Assembly: GCA_964525985.1 (NCBI GenBank)
Contig: CAZGLW010000002.1
Span: forward strand, 3,281 to 67,280
Length of the DNA stretch: 64,000 nucleotides
From: an uncultured Acutalibacter sp.
Lineage (GTDB): Bacteria; Bacillota; Clostridia; Oscillospirales; Acutalibacteraceae
Reading direction: 5' to 3'
Shown here: in pieces, positions 37,528 through 46,855 of the stretch
Layout: each line of letters starts with the position of its first letter
How positions within the stretch are numbered: position 1 is the stretch's first letter
Notes under the pieces: model-generated
Databases searched by the model: none
What the model saw: the letters and a program-made list of their open reading frames with translations, nothing else
Told to the model about the DNA's origin: nothing
Program-made: the position numbers and the translations under genes

Positions 37528-38364
37528 ATGGCAAATGATTCCAGGTTCGCCGTGCTTATCGACGCGGACAACGTGTCTGTAAAATACATCAAAATTATTT
37601 TAGACGAGGTCTCAAAGGACGGTGTAGCCACCTATAAACGCATTTACGGCGACTGGACCAACCCTTCTTTGGTTTCCTGGAAAAGCGCACTTCTGGATAA
37701 CTCTGTGCTGCCCATTCAGCAGTACAGCTACACCACCGGCAAAAATTCCACCGACTCCGCCATGATTATAGACGCTATGGATATTCTCTATTCCGGCAGG
37801 GTAGACGGCTTCTGTCTGGTGTCCTCCGACAGTGATTTTACCCGGCTGGCGGCCCGTCTGAGAGAATCCGGCATGACGGTCATCGGCATGGGGGAGAGCA
37901 AGACTCCCAATTCCTTTATTGCCGCCTGCAATAAGTTCCGGTATCTGGACATTCTGGCGGCGGCGGATGAAGAAGAACCGGAAGACGACGCCGCGCAGTA
38001 TTCGCCGCAATTTACACAGTCCCAAAACAAAAAAGGGAATTCCCGAAAGCCTGGAAAGCCCAAAGCGAAAGACGAGCCCAAGCCGGAAAGCAGACAGGAA
38101 CCCGATCCCGGCCAAAACCCTCAGACCAGCCTGCGTACCATTCGCCGGGCGCTGAAAACCATTGTCCGGGAAAATTCCGACGAGGACAACTGGATCTTTA
38201 TTGGAAAGGTGGGGAACATTCTGGTAAAGCAGTATCCCGACTTTGACGTGCGCAACTACGGCTTCACGAAGCTTACCCCGTTTTTAGATTCCCTGGAAAT
38301 GTTCGAGATAAAGGGCGAACGGATGGAAAACGGCAAGAGCCAATATTATATTCATCTCAAATAA
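37528..38364 (+). CDS. NYN (LabA/DUF88) domain protein with OST-HTH/LOTUS domain
   Basis: LIDADN, IYGDW, GKNSTD, SSDSDF; C-terminal PDFDVRNYGF. Confidence 0.93.
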   Translation: MANDSRFAVLIDADNVSVKYIKIILDEVSKDGVATYKRIYGDWTNPSLVSWKSALLDNSVLPIQQYSYTTGKNSTDSAMIIDAMDILYSGRVDGFCLVSSDSDFTRLAARLRESGMTVIGMGESKTPNSFIAACNKFRYLDILAAADEEEPEDDAAQYSPQFTQSQNKKGNSRKPGKPKAKDEPKPESRQEPDPGQNPQTSLRTIRRALKTIVRENSDEDNWIFIGKVGNILVKQYPDFDVRNYGFTKLTPFLDSLEMFEIKGERMENGKSQYYIHLK

Positions 38365-38866
38365 GCTTTTCAAAGGCCAGGCGCTCGCTGCCGTCTTCTA
38401 CATAAATCACACCTTTGCGGGAAAATCCCGCTTTTGCCAAAGCCCTTTGCATGGGAAGATTGTCCCGGTGGGTGTCCCCCCGCAGAACGGTGACGCCCCT
38501 CTCCTTTGCCTGGCGCTGCAATTCGTCAAACATCAGTCCGGCCGCACCCTTTCCTTTGGCCTCCGGAGCAACGGCAATACGATGGAGGAAACCGTAGATT
38601 TCCGGGTCAGTTTCCCAGGTGCCTTGTTCGATTTTCTCATAGGTGGGTTCCCGGCCAAATGCCAGGCAGGCCACAGCCAGAATTTTTCCCTGGTGTTCCA
38701 GCACATAGCCAGTGCCGTGTTCCATGTCCAACCGGGCGTCTTCCTCATTGGGGTAATCTCCGGTCTGCCACTGGTCTACCCCCTGGGATTTCAGGGCGGC
38801 ACGGGCGGCTTTATAAAGTTCGGCGATAATGGGCAGGTCCGGCTCTTCCGCGGGTCTAACTTTCAT
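38357..38866 (-). CDS. GNAT acetyltransferase
   Basis: DQWQ..YPN, LHRIAV..GKG, DTHRDNLPMQ. Confidence 0.9.
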   Translation of the reverse strand: MKVRPAEEPDLPIIAELYKAARAALKSQGVDQWQTGDYPNEEDARLDMEHGTGYVLEHQGKILAVACLAFGREPTYEKIEQGTWETDPEIYGFLHRIAVAPEAKGKGAAGLMFDELQRQAKERGVTVLRGDTHRDNLPMQRALAKAGFSRKGVIYVEDGSERLAFEKLI

Positions 38867-38950
38867 AAGGTACTTCCTCTCTGTTGATTCTCCTCTTTAT
38901 GTTACCAATTTCCTCTTGTTTTTTCAACCGGGAGCAGGTATAATATTTTC

Positions 38951-39115
38951 GCAGGCTGCAAATGGCGGCGGAGCGATGGAATATGGGAGCGGACAGGTCT
39001 GCGCGGCGGGACGCCGTGAACCATGTCAGGCGGGGAACCGAGCAGCATTAAGCGGATGTTCCCGGGCGATGCAGATCGCCTGTCCGTTCTCATATTTTAC
39101 CGGCCGCTGCCTGCT
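38951..39115 (+). ncRNA. ffs: SRP RNA (ffs/scRNA)
   Basis: Helix 8 CCGTGAACCATGTCAGGCGGGGAACCGAGCAGCATTAAGCGG inside a long hairpin; upstream of dnaX; promoter TTGTTT-17-TATAAT. Confidence 0.92.
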
Positions 39116-39136
39116 TGTCTCTCAGGAGGTGAAACC

Positions 39137-40822
39137 ATGTCTGCCTATAAGGTGTTGTACCGGAAATACAGGCCCAGGTTTTTTGCCGATGTGGTGGGCC
39201 AGCCCCAAGTGACAGTCACTCTGAAAAACGAGTTGACCCGGGGCAGGATTGCCCATGCCTACCTTTTCACCGGCTCTCATGGTACGGGAAAGACCACCTG
39301 CGCCAAAATTTTAAGTAGGGCCGTCAACTGTCTGAACCCCCAAAATGGGGACCCATGTGGGGAATGTGAGATGTGCAGAGGACTGGAAGACGGCTCTATT
39401 TTAGACGTGGTGGAAATTGATGCGGCCAGCAACAACGGGGTGGACAGCATCCGTTCATTGATCGAAGAATCAAATTTCACCCCGGCTACCGCCAAGTACC
39501 GCGTGTATATCATTGACGAGGTACATATGCTCTCCGTGGCGGCGTTTAACGCCCTTCTGAAAACGTTGGAGGAACCCCCCGCCCATGTGATCTTTATTTT
39601 GGCTACCACCGAGGTCCATAAGTTGCTACCCACCATTTTATCCAGGTGCCAGCGGTTCGATTTTAAGCGGGTGGCCCCCGAGGCCATTGCCGACCGGCTG
39701 GCATACGTGGCGGAGCAGGAAGGAGCCTCTATTGACCGGGAGGCCGCACTGCTTATTGCCAGGATCTCCGACGGTGCCATGCGGGACGCTTTGTCGCTGT
39801 TGGATCAGTGTCTGGGCCGCGGTGACCATGTAACACTGGATACGGTAAACCAGACCGCCGGTATTGCCGCCAGGGACTATCTCTGCTCTTTGGCTCAGGC
39901 AGTGGAAGATCGAGACGCCGCCGCCGCTTTGGAAACAATAGATTCCCTGTACAGGGAGTCTAAAGATATGGGCCGGCTCTGCGAAGAAATGGCCGAATAC
40001 TTCCGGGGGCTTATGCTCATTAAAACTATGAGGGACGCCTCCCGGCTGGTGACGGTTTCCGGCCAGGAACTGGAGACCATGACCCGGCAGGCCCTGTCCA
40101 TGAGTCTTCCCACCATTCTCCACGGCCTGGACGCATTTGAGGAAACCTTGAACAAAATGCGGTACGCCAACCAGCGCGCCGAGTTGGAGATGGCCTTTGT
40201 CCGGCTGTGTTCCCCGGAACTTGACTCCGCCCCTGAAGCTTTGCTCAGACGGCTGGAGGCTCTGGAACAGGGAGCGCCACGGCCGGCGGCCCCTGTGGAA
40301 CAGCCGGGAACGGAACAACCGTCCAGGGAGGCTCCAACGGAGACGGAGAAACTGCCGGAACCGGAGATCTTTGATAAGATACCTCCGCCAAAAGAACCTC
40401 CAAAGAGGGAAGAACCGCAACCAAAACCCGTGGCCCCGCCTGCTGTAGACATTCAGGCCCTGGCCAGGAATGCCCAGCGGTTCCGGGACTGGCCGGAGAT
40501 CCTGCAGATCATTAAAAATACCACCAAGAGTGTGGCTATGGCTTTTTCGGGGTCGTCGGCATATATCAGCGGGGATTATATGCTTATTGAGGCCCCGGAG
40601 ATTGCCTTTGAACTCTTAAAGCGGCCGGAACAGCGGGAGCGTATGCGTGAGGCCATCCGACACGTGACGGGCCGCACTTATAAATTGGGCCCCTACCGCA
40701 AGCCCGAAACGGAGGACGCTGCACTGGACCCGCTGGAGGAACTGGCCCGCAGGGCAAGGGAGTCCGGAATTGAGATCCAGGAGGACGCCGGGGGAGACTT
40801 CCCGGAGGATGAACAACAGTAA
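39137..40822 (+). CDS. dnaX: DNA polymerase III gamma/tau
   Basis: YRKYRP, GTGKTT, Zn finger, DEVHML, SRC. Confidence 0.98.
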   Translation: MSAYKVLYRKYRPRFFADVVGQPQVTVTLKNELTRGRIAHAYLFTGSHGTGKTTCAKILSRAVNCLNPQNGDPCGECEMCRGLEDGSILDVVEIDAASNNGVDSIRSLIEESNFTPATAKYRVYIIDEVHMLSVAAFNALLKTLEEPPAHVIFILATTEVHKLLPTILSRCQRFDFKRVAPEAIADRLAYVAEQEGASIDREAALLIARISDGAMRDALSLLDQCLGRGDHVTLDTVNQTAGIAARDYLCSLAQAVEDRDAAAALETIDSLYRESKDMGRLCEEMAEYFRGLMLIKTMRDASRLVTVSGQELETMTRQALSMSLPTILHGLDAFEETLNKMRYANQRAELEMAFVRLCSPELDSAPEALLRRLEALEQGAPRPAAPVEQPGTEQPSREAPTETEKLPEPEIFDKIPPPKEPPKREEPQPKPVAPPAVDIQALARNAQRFRDWPEILQIIKNTTKSVAMAFSGSSAYISGDYMLIEAPEIAFELLKRPEQRERMREAIRHVTGRTYKLGPYRKPETEDAALDPLEELARRARESGIEIQEDAGGDFPEDEQQ

Positions 40823-40843
40823 AATTTTGAAAGGATGATACCA

Positions 40844-41194
40844 ATGAAGGCAAGGCTGCCCCAGGGCTATGGAGGAGGCGGAGCCTCTAATCTGCAGCAA
40901 CTGGCGAAACAGGCCCAGAAGATGCAGGAGCAAATGACGGCCATTACCGCCGAACTGGAAGAAAAAGAGTATGTTTCCACCTCCGGCGGCGACGCGGTAA
41001 AGGCCACCGTCACCGGAAAGATGGAAGTGAAATCTGTGGAGATCAAGCCGGAGGTCATTGACCCGGAGGATGCGGAGATGCTGGGGGACCTGGTCACCGC
41101 CGCAGTAAACGGCGCCCTTCGCGCCGCGGCCCAGGAGAAAGATGAAAAGCTTGGCGCCCTTTCCGGCGGCATGAATATTCCGGGGATGTTCTGA
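40844..41194 (+). CDS. ybaB: YbaB/EbfC nucleoid-associated protein
   Basis: QAQKMQ, SGGDAVK, DPEDAEMLGDLV; between dnaX and recR. Confidence 0.95.
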   Translation: MKARLPQGYGGGGASNLQQLAKQAQKMQEQMTAITAELEEKEYVSTSGGDAVKATVTGKMEVKSVEIKPEVIDPEDAEMLGDLVTAAVNGALRAAAQEKDEKLGALSGGMNIPGMF

Positions 41195-41793
41195 TGGGAA
41201 GCTATTATGTGCCCCCGTTGGAGGGCTTAGTGGAAAAATTTGAAAGTCTGCCGGGCATTGGCCACAAAAACGCCCAGCGGCTTGCCTATCATGTGCTGGA
41301 CATGACCAAAGAAGACGCCGAAAGCTTTGCGGCCGCCATTCTCGACGCTCACGAGAAGATACACTGCTGTGCCGTCTGCTGTAATCTGACGGATGCGGAA
41401 CTCTGCCCGGTTTGCCGCAACGACAGCCGGGACAAAACAACGATCTGCGTGGTGGAAGAACCCAAAGACGTATTCGCTCTGGAGCGGGCCGGGGAATACA
41501 ACGGCCAGTACCATGTGCTTCATGGGGCCATTTCTCCTCTGTCCGGCATTGGGCCGGACCAGCTGCGGATCAAGGAACTGCTGGCCCGAATGGACGGTAC
41601 GGTAACAGAGGTAATCATGGCCACCAATCCCACTGTGGAAGGGGAGGCTACTGCCATGTATCTGTCCCGGCTGTTGAAGCCTCTCGGGGTGAAGGTGACC
41701 CGCCTGGCCTACGGTATCCCCGTGGGCGGCGATTTGGAATACGCCGACGAGGTCACGCTGCAGAGGGCCATGCAGGGAAGACAGGAGTTGTAA
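41194..41793 (+). CDS. recR: Recombination protein RecR
   Basis: LPGIG, C4 finger, YHVLHG, NPTVEGEATA. Confidence 0.98.
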   Translation: MGSYYVPPLEGLVEKFESLPGIGHKNAQRLAYHVLDMTKEDAESFAAAILDAHEKIHCCAVCCNLTDAELCPVCRNDSRDKTTICVVEEPKDVFALERAGEYNGQYHVLHGAISPLSGIGPDQLRIKELLARMDGTVTEVIMATNPTVEGEATAMYLSRLLKPLGVKVTRLAYGIPVGGDLEYADEVTLQRAMQGRQEL

Positions 41794-41818
41794 AAACGTC
41801 CTTTAGGAGGTGACAGCC

Positions 41819-42286
41819 ATGCCGCAGAAAGCAAACATCAAGACCATTTCCCAAAATAAAAAGGCATATCACGACTATTTCGTGGAGGAGAGCTTTGAAG
41901 CCGGAATCGAACTGGTGGGAACGGAGGTAAAGTCTCTGCGGGCGGGCCGGGCCAATTTAAAGGACGCCTGGTGCTCTGTGGTAAACGGCGAAATGCTTTT
42001 AAACGGCTGTCACATCAGCCCATATGATTTCGGCAACATCTTTAACCGGGACCCCATGCGGGTCCGCCGCCTTCTCATGCACAAACGGGAGATCCTGCGG
42101 CTGTATGGGATCGTAAAGCAGCAGGGTTATTCCCTCATTCCCCTGTCCCTGTATTTCAAGGATTCCCTGGTGAAGGTACAGGTGGGACTCTGTAAGGGCA
42201 AAAAGCTGTATGATAAACGGGCAGCGGCGGCAGAACGTGACATGAAGCGCACAGCGGAACAGGCAATGAAGGAACGGAACCGGTGA
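41819..42286 (+). CDS. smpB: SsrA-binding protein
   Basis: NKKAYHDY, EAGIELVGTEVKSLR, GKKLYDKR. Confidence 0.98.
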   Translation: MPQKANIKTISQNKKAYHDYFVEESFEAGIELVGTEVKSLRAGRANLKDAWCSVVNGEMLLNGCHISPYDFGNIFNRDPMRVRRLLMHKREILRLYGIVKQQGYSLIPLSLYFKDSLVKVQVGLCKGKKLYDKRAAAAERDMKRTAEQAMKERNR

Positions 42287-42411
42287 GGGGCTTGGGGAAC
42301 TTCCGGCATTTTCCGCTTGTAAAGGCCTGTCATGTATGATACAATAAGAAACACCCTGGCGCTGCAAGTTGCCGGGCGAGGGTAGTAAGTGCCCCAGCAA
42401 AGTAAAAATAT

Positions 42412-42761
42412 GGGGATGTAAAGGTTTCGACGGGGAGGGAAAACCCTGGTAAGCGAGCCGTGGTGCGGTACCACGATAAAAGCCGCAATCTTTTAAAATT
42501 AAACGACAACAATTCAGTTGCTGTTGCTGCTTAAATAAGCAGCCGTTCTTACCCGGAGCACCGCGGCCGGGATAAGAGCGTCGATTAGCGGTGAACGTGA
42601 GCGGGGCGACGCCCTTACCCCCGCCATGACCTGAGGGCTGCCAAAGCCCGGAGCCCGCCTTTGGGCGCCGGGCCGCGGGAGATTTAAAACGAAGGCTACG
42701 CTCGTAGAAAGCCCCGGCAATCCTTTTTCGGACGCGGGTTCAATTCCCGCCATCTCCACCA
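42412..42761 (+). ncRNA. ssrA: tmRNA; tag (A)DNNSVAVAA at 42505-42534
   Basis: 5' GGGGATGTAAAGGTTTCGAC, 3' GGTTCAATTCCCGCCATCTCCACCA; tag ORF ends in AA; follows smpB. Confidence 0.97.
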
Positions 42762-42778
42762 GGCCCGGCGGCCGGCAA

Positions 42779-42814
42779 GACGCGCATCGGATTTCCGGTG
42801 CGCGTCAATTTTTT
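42779..42814 (+). terminator. ssrA terminator
   Basis: GACGCGCATCGG-ATTT-CCGGTGCGCGTC-AATTTTTT. Confidence 0.85.
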
Positions 42815-42923
42815 GCCTGTAAGACGGCTATTTTACCGGATTGTTTACAAAATCCTCCTTGCAATCAAACTGTACGGCAGGTATTATAAAATTGCAACTG
42901 AAAAGTACAAGGGGGTCTGACTT

Positions 42924-43832
42924 GTGAAGCGAAAGAACACTGTTCTGAAAGAACTGGGAACGCTCCGGTGGCAAAGCTTTGTTTTATTGACGCTTGCGGG
43001 GCTGGTCAACGCCTTTGGCGTGACTATGTTCCTTTCCCCGGTAAAGCTCTATGACAGCGGCATATCGGGCACCGCTATGCTTTTGGCCCAGGTGACCCCG
43101 GAGGAGTGGAGCCTGTCGGCCTTTCTGCTGCTGTTCAATGTACCGCTTTTCCTATATGGCCTGAAAAAGCAGGGGTTGGCCTTTACCGTCTATGCTATTT
43201 ATACGGTGGGGATATACTCCCTGGGGGCCTGGCTCATCACAGACGTTTTGCCGGTAGACGTTTCCTTTGCCTCCCCGCTTGCCGGACAGGACCTTTTGCT
43301 GTGCGCTCTGTTCGGCGGAATGATCTCCGGTCTGGGCAGCGGTCTTGCCATTCGTTTTGGCGGAGCTATGGACGGCATTGAAGTAATGGCGGTGATTTTC
43401 GCAAAAAAACTGGGGATCACCGTGGGAACTTTCGTCATGGCGTATAATGTGATCCTCTACATCATCTGTGGCTGCGTGCTCCACAGCTGGATCCTTCCCC
43501 TTTATTCCATCGTCACATACATGGCTGCCCTGAAAACGGTGGACTTTATTGTGGAAGGCATTGACCGCTCTAAAGCGGTCCTCATCGTTACGATTATGCA
43601 GGAAGAAATTTGCGCCGCCCTTTCTGACGCATTTGAACAGGGGATGACGATCCTGGACGGTAAGGGGTATTTTTCAAACGCCAAAAAGCAGATTGTCTAT
43701 ATCGTTCTCAACCGTTTCCAGATCGGAAGAATGAAAAACATCGTCCACACTATCGATCCCACCGCCTATATCACCATCAGCGAGGTGGCCGATGTATTTA
43801 AGCTGAATCAGTCTCCAAAACAGGTAAAATGA
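42924..43832 (+). CDS. YitT family membrane protein
   Basis: DSGISG, NVPLF, GGAMDG, DPTAYITI. Confidence 0.92.
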   Translation: MKRKNTVLKELGTLRWQSFVLLTLAGLVNAFGVTMFLSPVKLYDSGISGTAMLLAQVTPEEWSLSAFLLLFNVPLFLYGLKKQGLAFTVYAIYTVGIYSLGAWLITDVLPVDVSFASPLAGQDLLLCALFGGMISGLGSGLAIRFGGAMDGIEVMAVIFAKKLGITVGTFVMAYNVILYIICGCVLHSWILPLYSIVTYMAALKTVDFIVEGIDRSKAVLIVTIMQEEICAALSDAFEQGMTILDGKGYFSNAKKQIVYIVLNRFQIGRMKNIVHTIDPTAYITISEVADVFKLNQSPKQVK

Positions 43833-43851
43833 TGAAACGCAGTATAACTTC

Positions 43852-44616
43852 TCACTTTTTTTCGCGGGAAATGAGCCAGTAGGGCACCGCCAGGAAAAGA
43901 ACGCCCCCTGCCATGTTGCCTGAGGTGACCACCAGCAGGTTATAGATCCACCCGCCAAAACTCACCGCCGCTTCTCCTGGGGAAAGCAGAGCCACTGTCA
44001 GCAAAGTCATGTTTGCCACACTGTGCTCAAAGCCCGTGGTGAAAAATGCCACGATGCACCAGAAGATCATAATGAGTTTACCGCTTTCAGTTTTACAGCG
44101 GAAACCGCACCACACGGCCAGGCACACCAGCATATTGCACAGCAGGCCCCGAAGGAAAAGGGCTAAAGGTCCGGCAGCCATTTTCCCGGCCGCGGCACTC
44201 GCCATAAATTCCCCCACAGTTCCCGTTCCCAGACCGGTGCCCCAATAGATCAGTGCCAGCAGGACAGCCCCTGTAAGGTTCCCAAGCCAGCATACAGCCC
44301 ACAGCACGGCCGTCTCTTTCAGCTTTACCGTGCGGGTCAGGCACCCGGCAGCCATCACGAGATTGTTGCCGGTGAAAAGTTCTGCCCCGGCCATAACCAC
44401 AAAACTTAAAGCGGCGCTGAAAGAGATCCCCATAAGCAGCTTGGTATAAGGCTCCCCGTTCAGCTGGCCGCCGATGGTAAAAGCTAAAAGCACCCCAAAC
44501 CCTACAAATATCCCCGCCAGCATGGAGGCAAGAAAATATCCCAAAGGGTTCTTTTTCAAAAAATCTGCTTTCGCTCTGGCCGCGCTGCCGGCAGCATGAA
44601 ATTCTTCCTGGAACAT
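43852..44616 (-). CDS. Formate/nitrite transporter (NirC-like)
   Basis: GAELFTGN, LCNMLVCLAVW, GFEHSVANM. Confidence 0.95.
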   Translation of the reverse strand: MFQEEFHAAGSAARAKADFLKKNPLGYFLASMLAGIFVGFGVLLAFTIGGQLNGEPYTKLLMGISFSAALSFVVMAGAELFTGNNLVMAAGCLTRTVKLKETAVLWAVCWLGNLTGAVLLALIYWGTGLGTGTVGEFMASAAAGKMAAGPLALFLRGLLCNMLVCLAVWCGFRCKTESGKLIMIFWCIVAFFTTGFEHSVANMTLLTVALLSPGEAAVSFGGWIYNLLVVTSGNMAGGVLFLAVPYWLISREKK

Positions 44617-44635
44617 TGTTATCCCATCCTCCCTG

Positions 44636-45364
44636 TTACAGGCCGGCCGCTTCTTTTAACACCTGGCACAGATCGCCCCGGAAAATCAGGTCGGCCCGGT
44701 TGTCATAAGGAGTCTCGTCCCGGTTTAAGATCACCAGTCGGGCGTTTCGTTTCAAGTAGGTCACCAGCCCTGCCACCGGGTACACCACCAGCGACGTCCC
44801 TCCTACAAGCATCAAATCCGCCTCCTGGGCGTATTTGATGGCTTTCAGCAGGTCACGCTCGTTTAATGACTCCCCATAAAGCACCACGTCGGGCTTTACC
44901 ACCCCGCCGCAGGTACAGTGGGGTATGCCCTCGCTCCCGGTGACAATACCCATGTCATACTGCCTGCCGCACTGCTGACAGAGGTACCGGTTCTCGTTGC
45001 CGTGCAGTTCTATCACGTTCTTGCTGCCCGCCAGCTGGTGCAGGCCGTCTATGTTCTGGGTGACGATCACCTCCAGCATGCCGTCCCGTTCCAGCTTTGC
45101 CAGAGCCCTGTGGGCGTCGTTGGGCTTTGCATCCGGGTACAGCATCACATTTCGCAGAAAATCGTAAAATTCCGCCGTGTGATGAACAAAATAATCATGC
45201 GAGAGCATTTCCTCATAGGAAATGCCCTGTTTTTTCTCCATGTACAAACCGTGGGCGCTGCGGAAATCCGGGATACCGCTGGCTGTGGATACCCCCGCGC
45301 CTCCCAGAAACACCGTGCGCCTGCTTTCACGCAGCCAGGTTTTCAATTGTTCCATGTCTGTCAT
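44636..45364 (-). CDS. cobB: NAD-dependent protein deacylase (sirtuin)
   Basis: GAGVSTASGIPDFRS, TQNIDGLH, ELHG, KPDVVLYGE. Confidence 0.95.
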   Translation of the reverse strand: MTDMEQLKTWLRESRRTVFLGGAGVSTASGIPDFRSAHGLYMEKKQGISYEEMLSHDYFVHHTAEFYDFLRNVMLYPDAKPNDAHRALAKLERDGMLEVIVTQNIDGLHQLAGSKNVIELHGNENRYLCQQCGRQYDMGIVTGSEGIPHCTCGGVVKPDVVLYGESLNERDLLKAIKYAQEADLMLVGGTSLVVYPVAGLVTYLKRNARLVILNRDETPYDNRADLIFRGDLCQVLKEAAGL

Positions 45365-45377
45365 GGTTATCCCTCCT

Positions 45378-46136
45378 TTAGTCTTTCATCAGAAGTTCTA
45401 CCGGGCAGTGATCGCTGCCTTGTACATCGCTCAAAATGCGGCTGTCCAAAAGCCGATCCTCCAGCCGCCGGTCCGCCAAAAAGTAATCAATACGCCAACC
45501 CGCGTTGTTCTGCCGCGAATTGTACATATAGCTCCACCAGGAATAGGCCCCCGCCAGTTCCGGATAAAAGTACCGGAAGGTGTCCAGAAAGCCGGAAGCC
45601 AGCAGTTCGCTGAACTTGCCACGCTCCTCATAAGTAAAGCCGGCGTTCCCTATATTGGGCTTGGGATTTTTTAAATCGATTGGCCTGTGAGCCACGTTCA
45701 TGTCGCCGCAAACCACAACGGGCTTTTTCTCCCGCAGGCCGGCAAGGTACTCCCGAAAGGCATCCTCAAAGGCCATGCGGAAATCAATGCGCGTCAGCTC
45801 CCGCTGGGAATTGGGGGCATACACCGTCACCAGGATAAAGCTTCCATATTCCGCCGCGATGACCCGGCCTTCCCCATCAAATTCCTCCGTCCCTATCCCG
45901 CAGGAAACAGACAGAGGCTCCTTTTTGGAAAAGACCGCTGTGCCGGAGTACCCCTTTCGCAGCGTACAGGAATTCCAGTATTCAAAATAACCGGGAAAGC
46001 TAAAATCCGCCTGCTCCTTCTGCATTTTCGTCTCCTGCAGACAGATCACATCCGGGTCCTCTTCTCTTAAAAAGTCCCCGAACCCTTTTCCCATACAGGC
46101 CCGCAGGCCGTTGACGTTCCAGGAAACCAGTTTCAT
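45378..46136 (-). CDS. xth: Exodeoxyribonuclease III / AP endonuclease
   Basis: SWNVNGLRA, LQETK, GDMNVAH, WRIDY, SDHCP. Confidence 0.97.
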   Translation of the reverse strand: MKLVSWNVNGLRACMGKGFGDFLREEDPDVICLQETKMQKEQADFSFPGYFEYWNSCTLRKGYSGTAVFSKKEPLSVSCGIGTEEFDGEGRVIAAEYGSFILVTVYAPNSQRELTRIDFRMAFEDAFREYLAGLREKKPVVVCGDMNVAHRPIDLKNPKPNIGNAGFTYEERGKFSELLASGFLDTFRYFYPELAGAYSWWSYMYNSRQNNAGWRIDYFLADRRLEDRLLDSRILSDVQGSDHCPVELLMKD

Positions 46137-46327
46137 GGCGCGCTTCACACTCCTTATGGTCCGGAAACGTCCGATTCGCGGAGGGATTATCTGTTTTTTC
46201 TCCCGCCTGCGGCGGGGGAAAAACGCATATTGCCCTTCAAAACGGACATTTCCCTTAGATTTGATATTGTCTCGGCAATGTGGTATACTTGGTAAAAGCA
46301 AATTCTGCAATGAAAGGAATGGATGTT

Positions 46328-46855
46328 ATGCAAAATCCAATTGTAACCTTTGAGACCACCCGGGGCGTTATAAAGGTTGAACTCTACCCCGACGTGGCCC
46401 CCAACACGGTAAACAATTTTATTTCTCTGGTGAAAAAGGGCTTTTATGACGGGACCATTTTTCACCGTGTCATCCCCGGGTTCATGATCCAGGGCGGCGA
46501 CCCTGAGGGCACCGGAATGGGCGGTCCCGGCTACGGAATCAAAGGAGAATTTTCCGCCAACGGCGTGAAAAACGATTTAAAGCACACCACCGGCGTACTC
46601 TCTATGGCCCGTTCCATGCGGCCCGACAGCGCCGGGTCCCAATTCTTTATCATGGTAGACGACGCTCCCCATCTGGACGGCCAGTATGCCGCTTTCGGAA
46701 AGGTAACTGAGGGGATCGACGTGGCCCGGGCGATCGTCAACTCTCCCAGGGACCGGGCAGACCGGCCCCATGAGGATCAGATTATGGAAAAGGTGACAGT
46801 GGAGACCTTCGGCCAGGAATACCCAGAGCCTGTCACAGGCCCCGAACACGGCTAA
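46328..46855 (+). CDS. Cyclophilin-type peptidyl-prolyl isomerase
   Basis: FHRVIPGFMIQGGDP, SAGSQFF, HLDGQY; promoter TTGATA-17-TATACT. Confidence 0.97.
   Translation: MQNPIVTFETTRGVIKVELYPDVAPNTVNNFISLVKKGFYDGTIFHRVIPGFMIQGGDPEGTGMGGPGYGIKGEFSANGVKNDLKHTTGVLSMARSMRPDSAGSQFFIMVDDAPHLDGQYAAFGKVTEGIDVARAIVNSPRDRADRPHEDQIMEKVTVETFGQEYPEPVTGPEHG

Noticed and set aside
37528-38364. NYN-LOTUS protein as an anti-phage or SRP-processing nuclease
   Set aside because: A common stand-alone family in a core context; nothing in the sequence links it to either role.
39137-40822. Programmed frameshift in dnaX
   Set aside because: No A-AAA-AAG slippery site or long homopolymer run noticed.
42350-42400. 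SAH-riboswitch-like GGCGCUGC...GCCGGG...AGUGCC pseudoknot upstream of ssrA
   Set aside because: The match is incomplete and the context is wrong. GTTGCCGGGC (42368-42377) pairs with the ssrA trailer GCCCGGCGGC (42763-42772), so a processing stem explains it.
42844-42857. TTTACAAAATCCT shared with ~57931 upstream of promoters
   Set aside because: Two AT-rich occurrences near unrelated genes; too weak to call a regulon.
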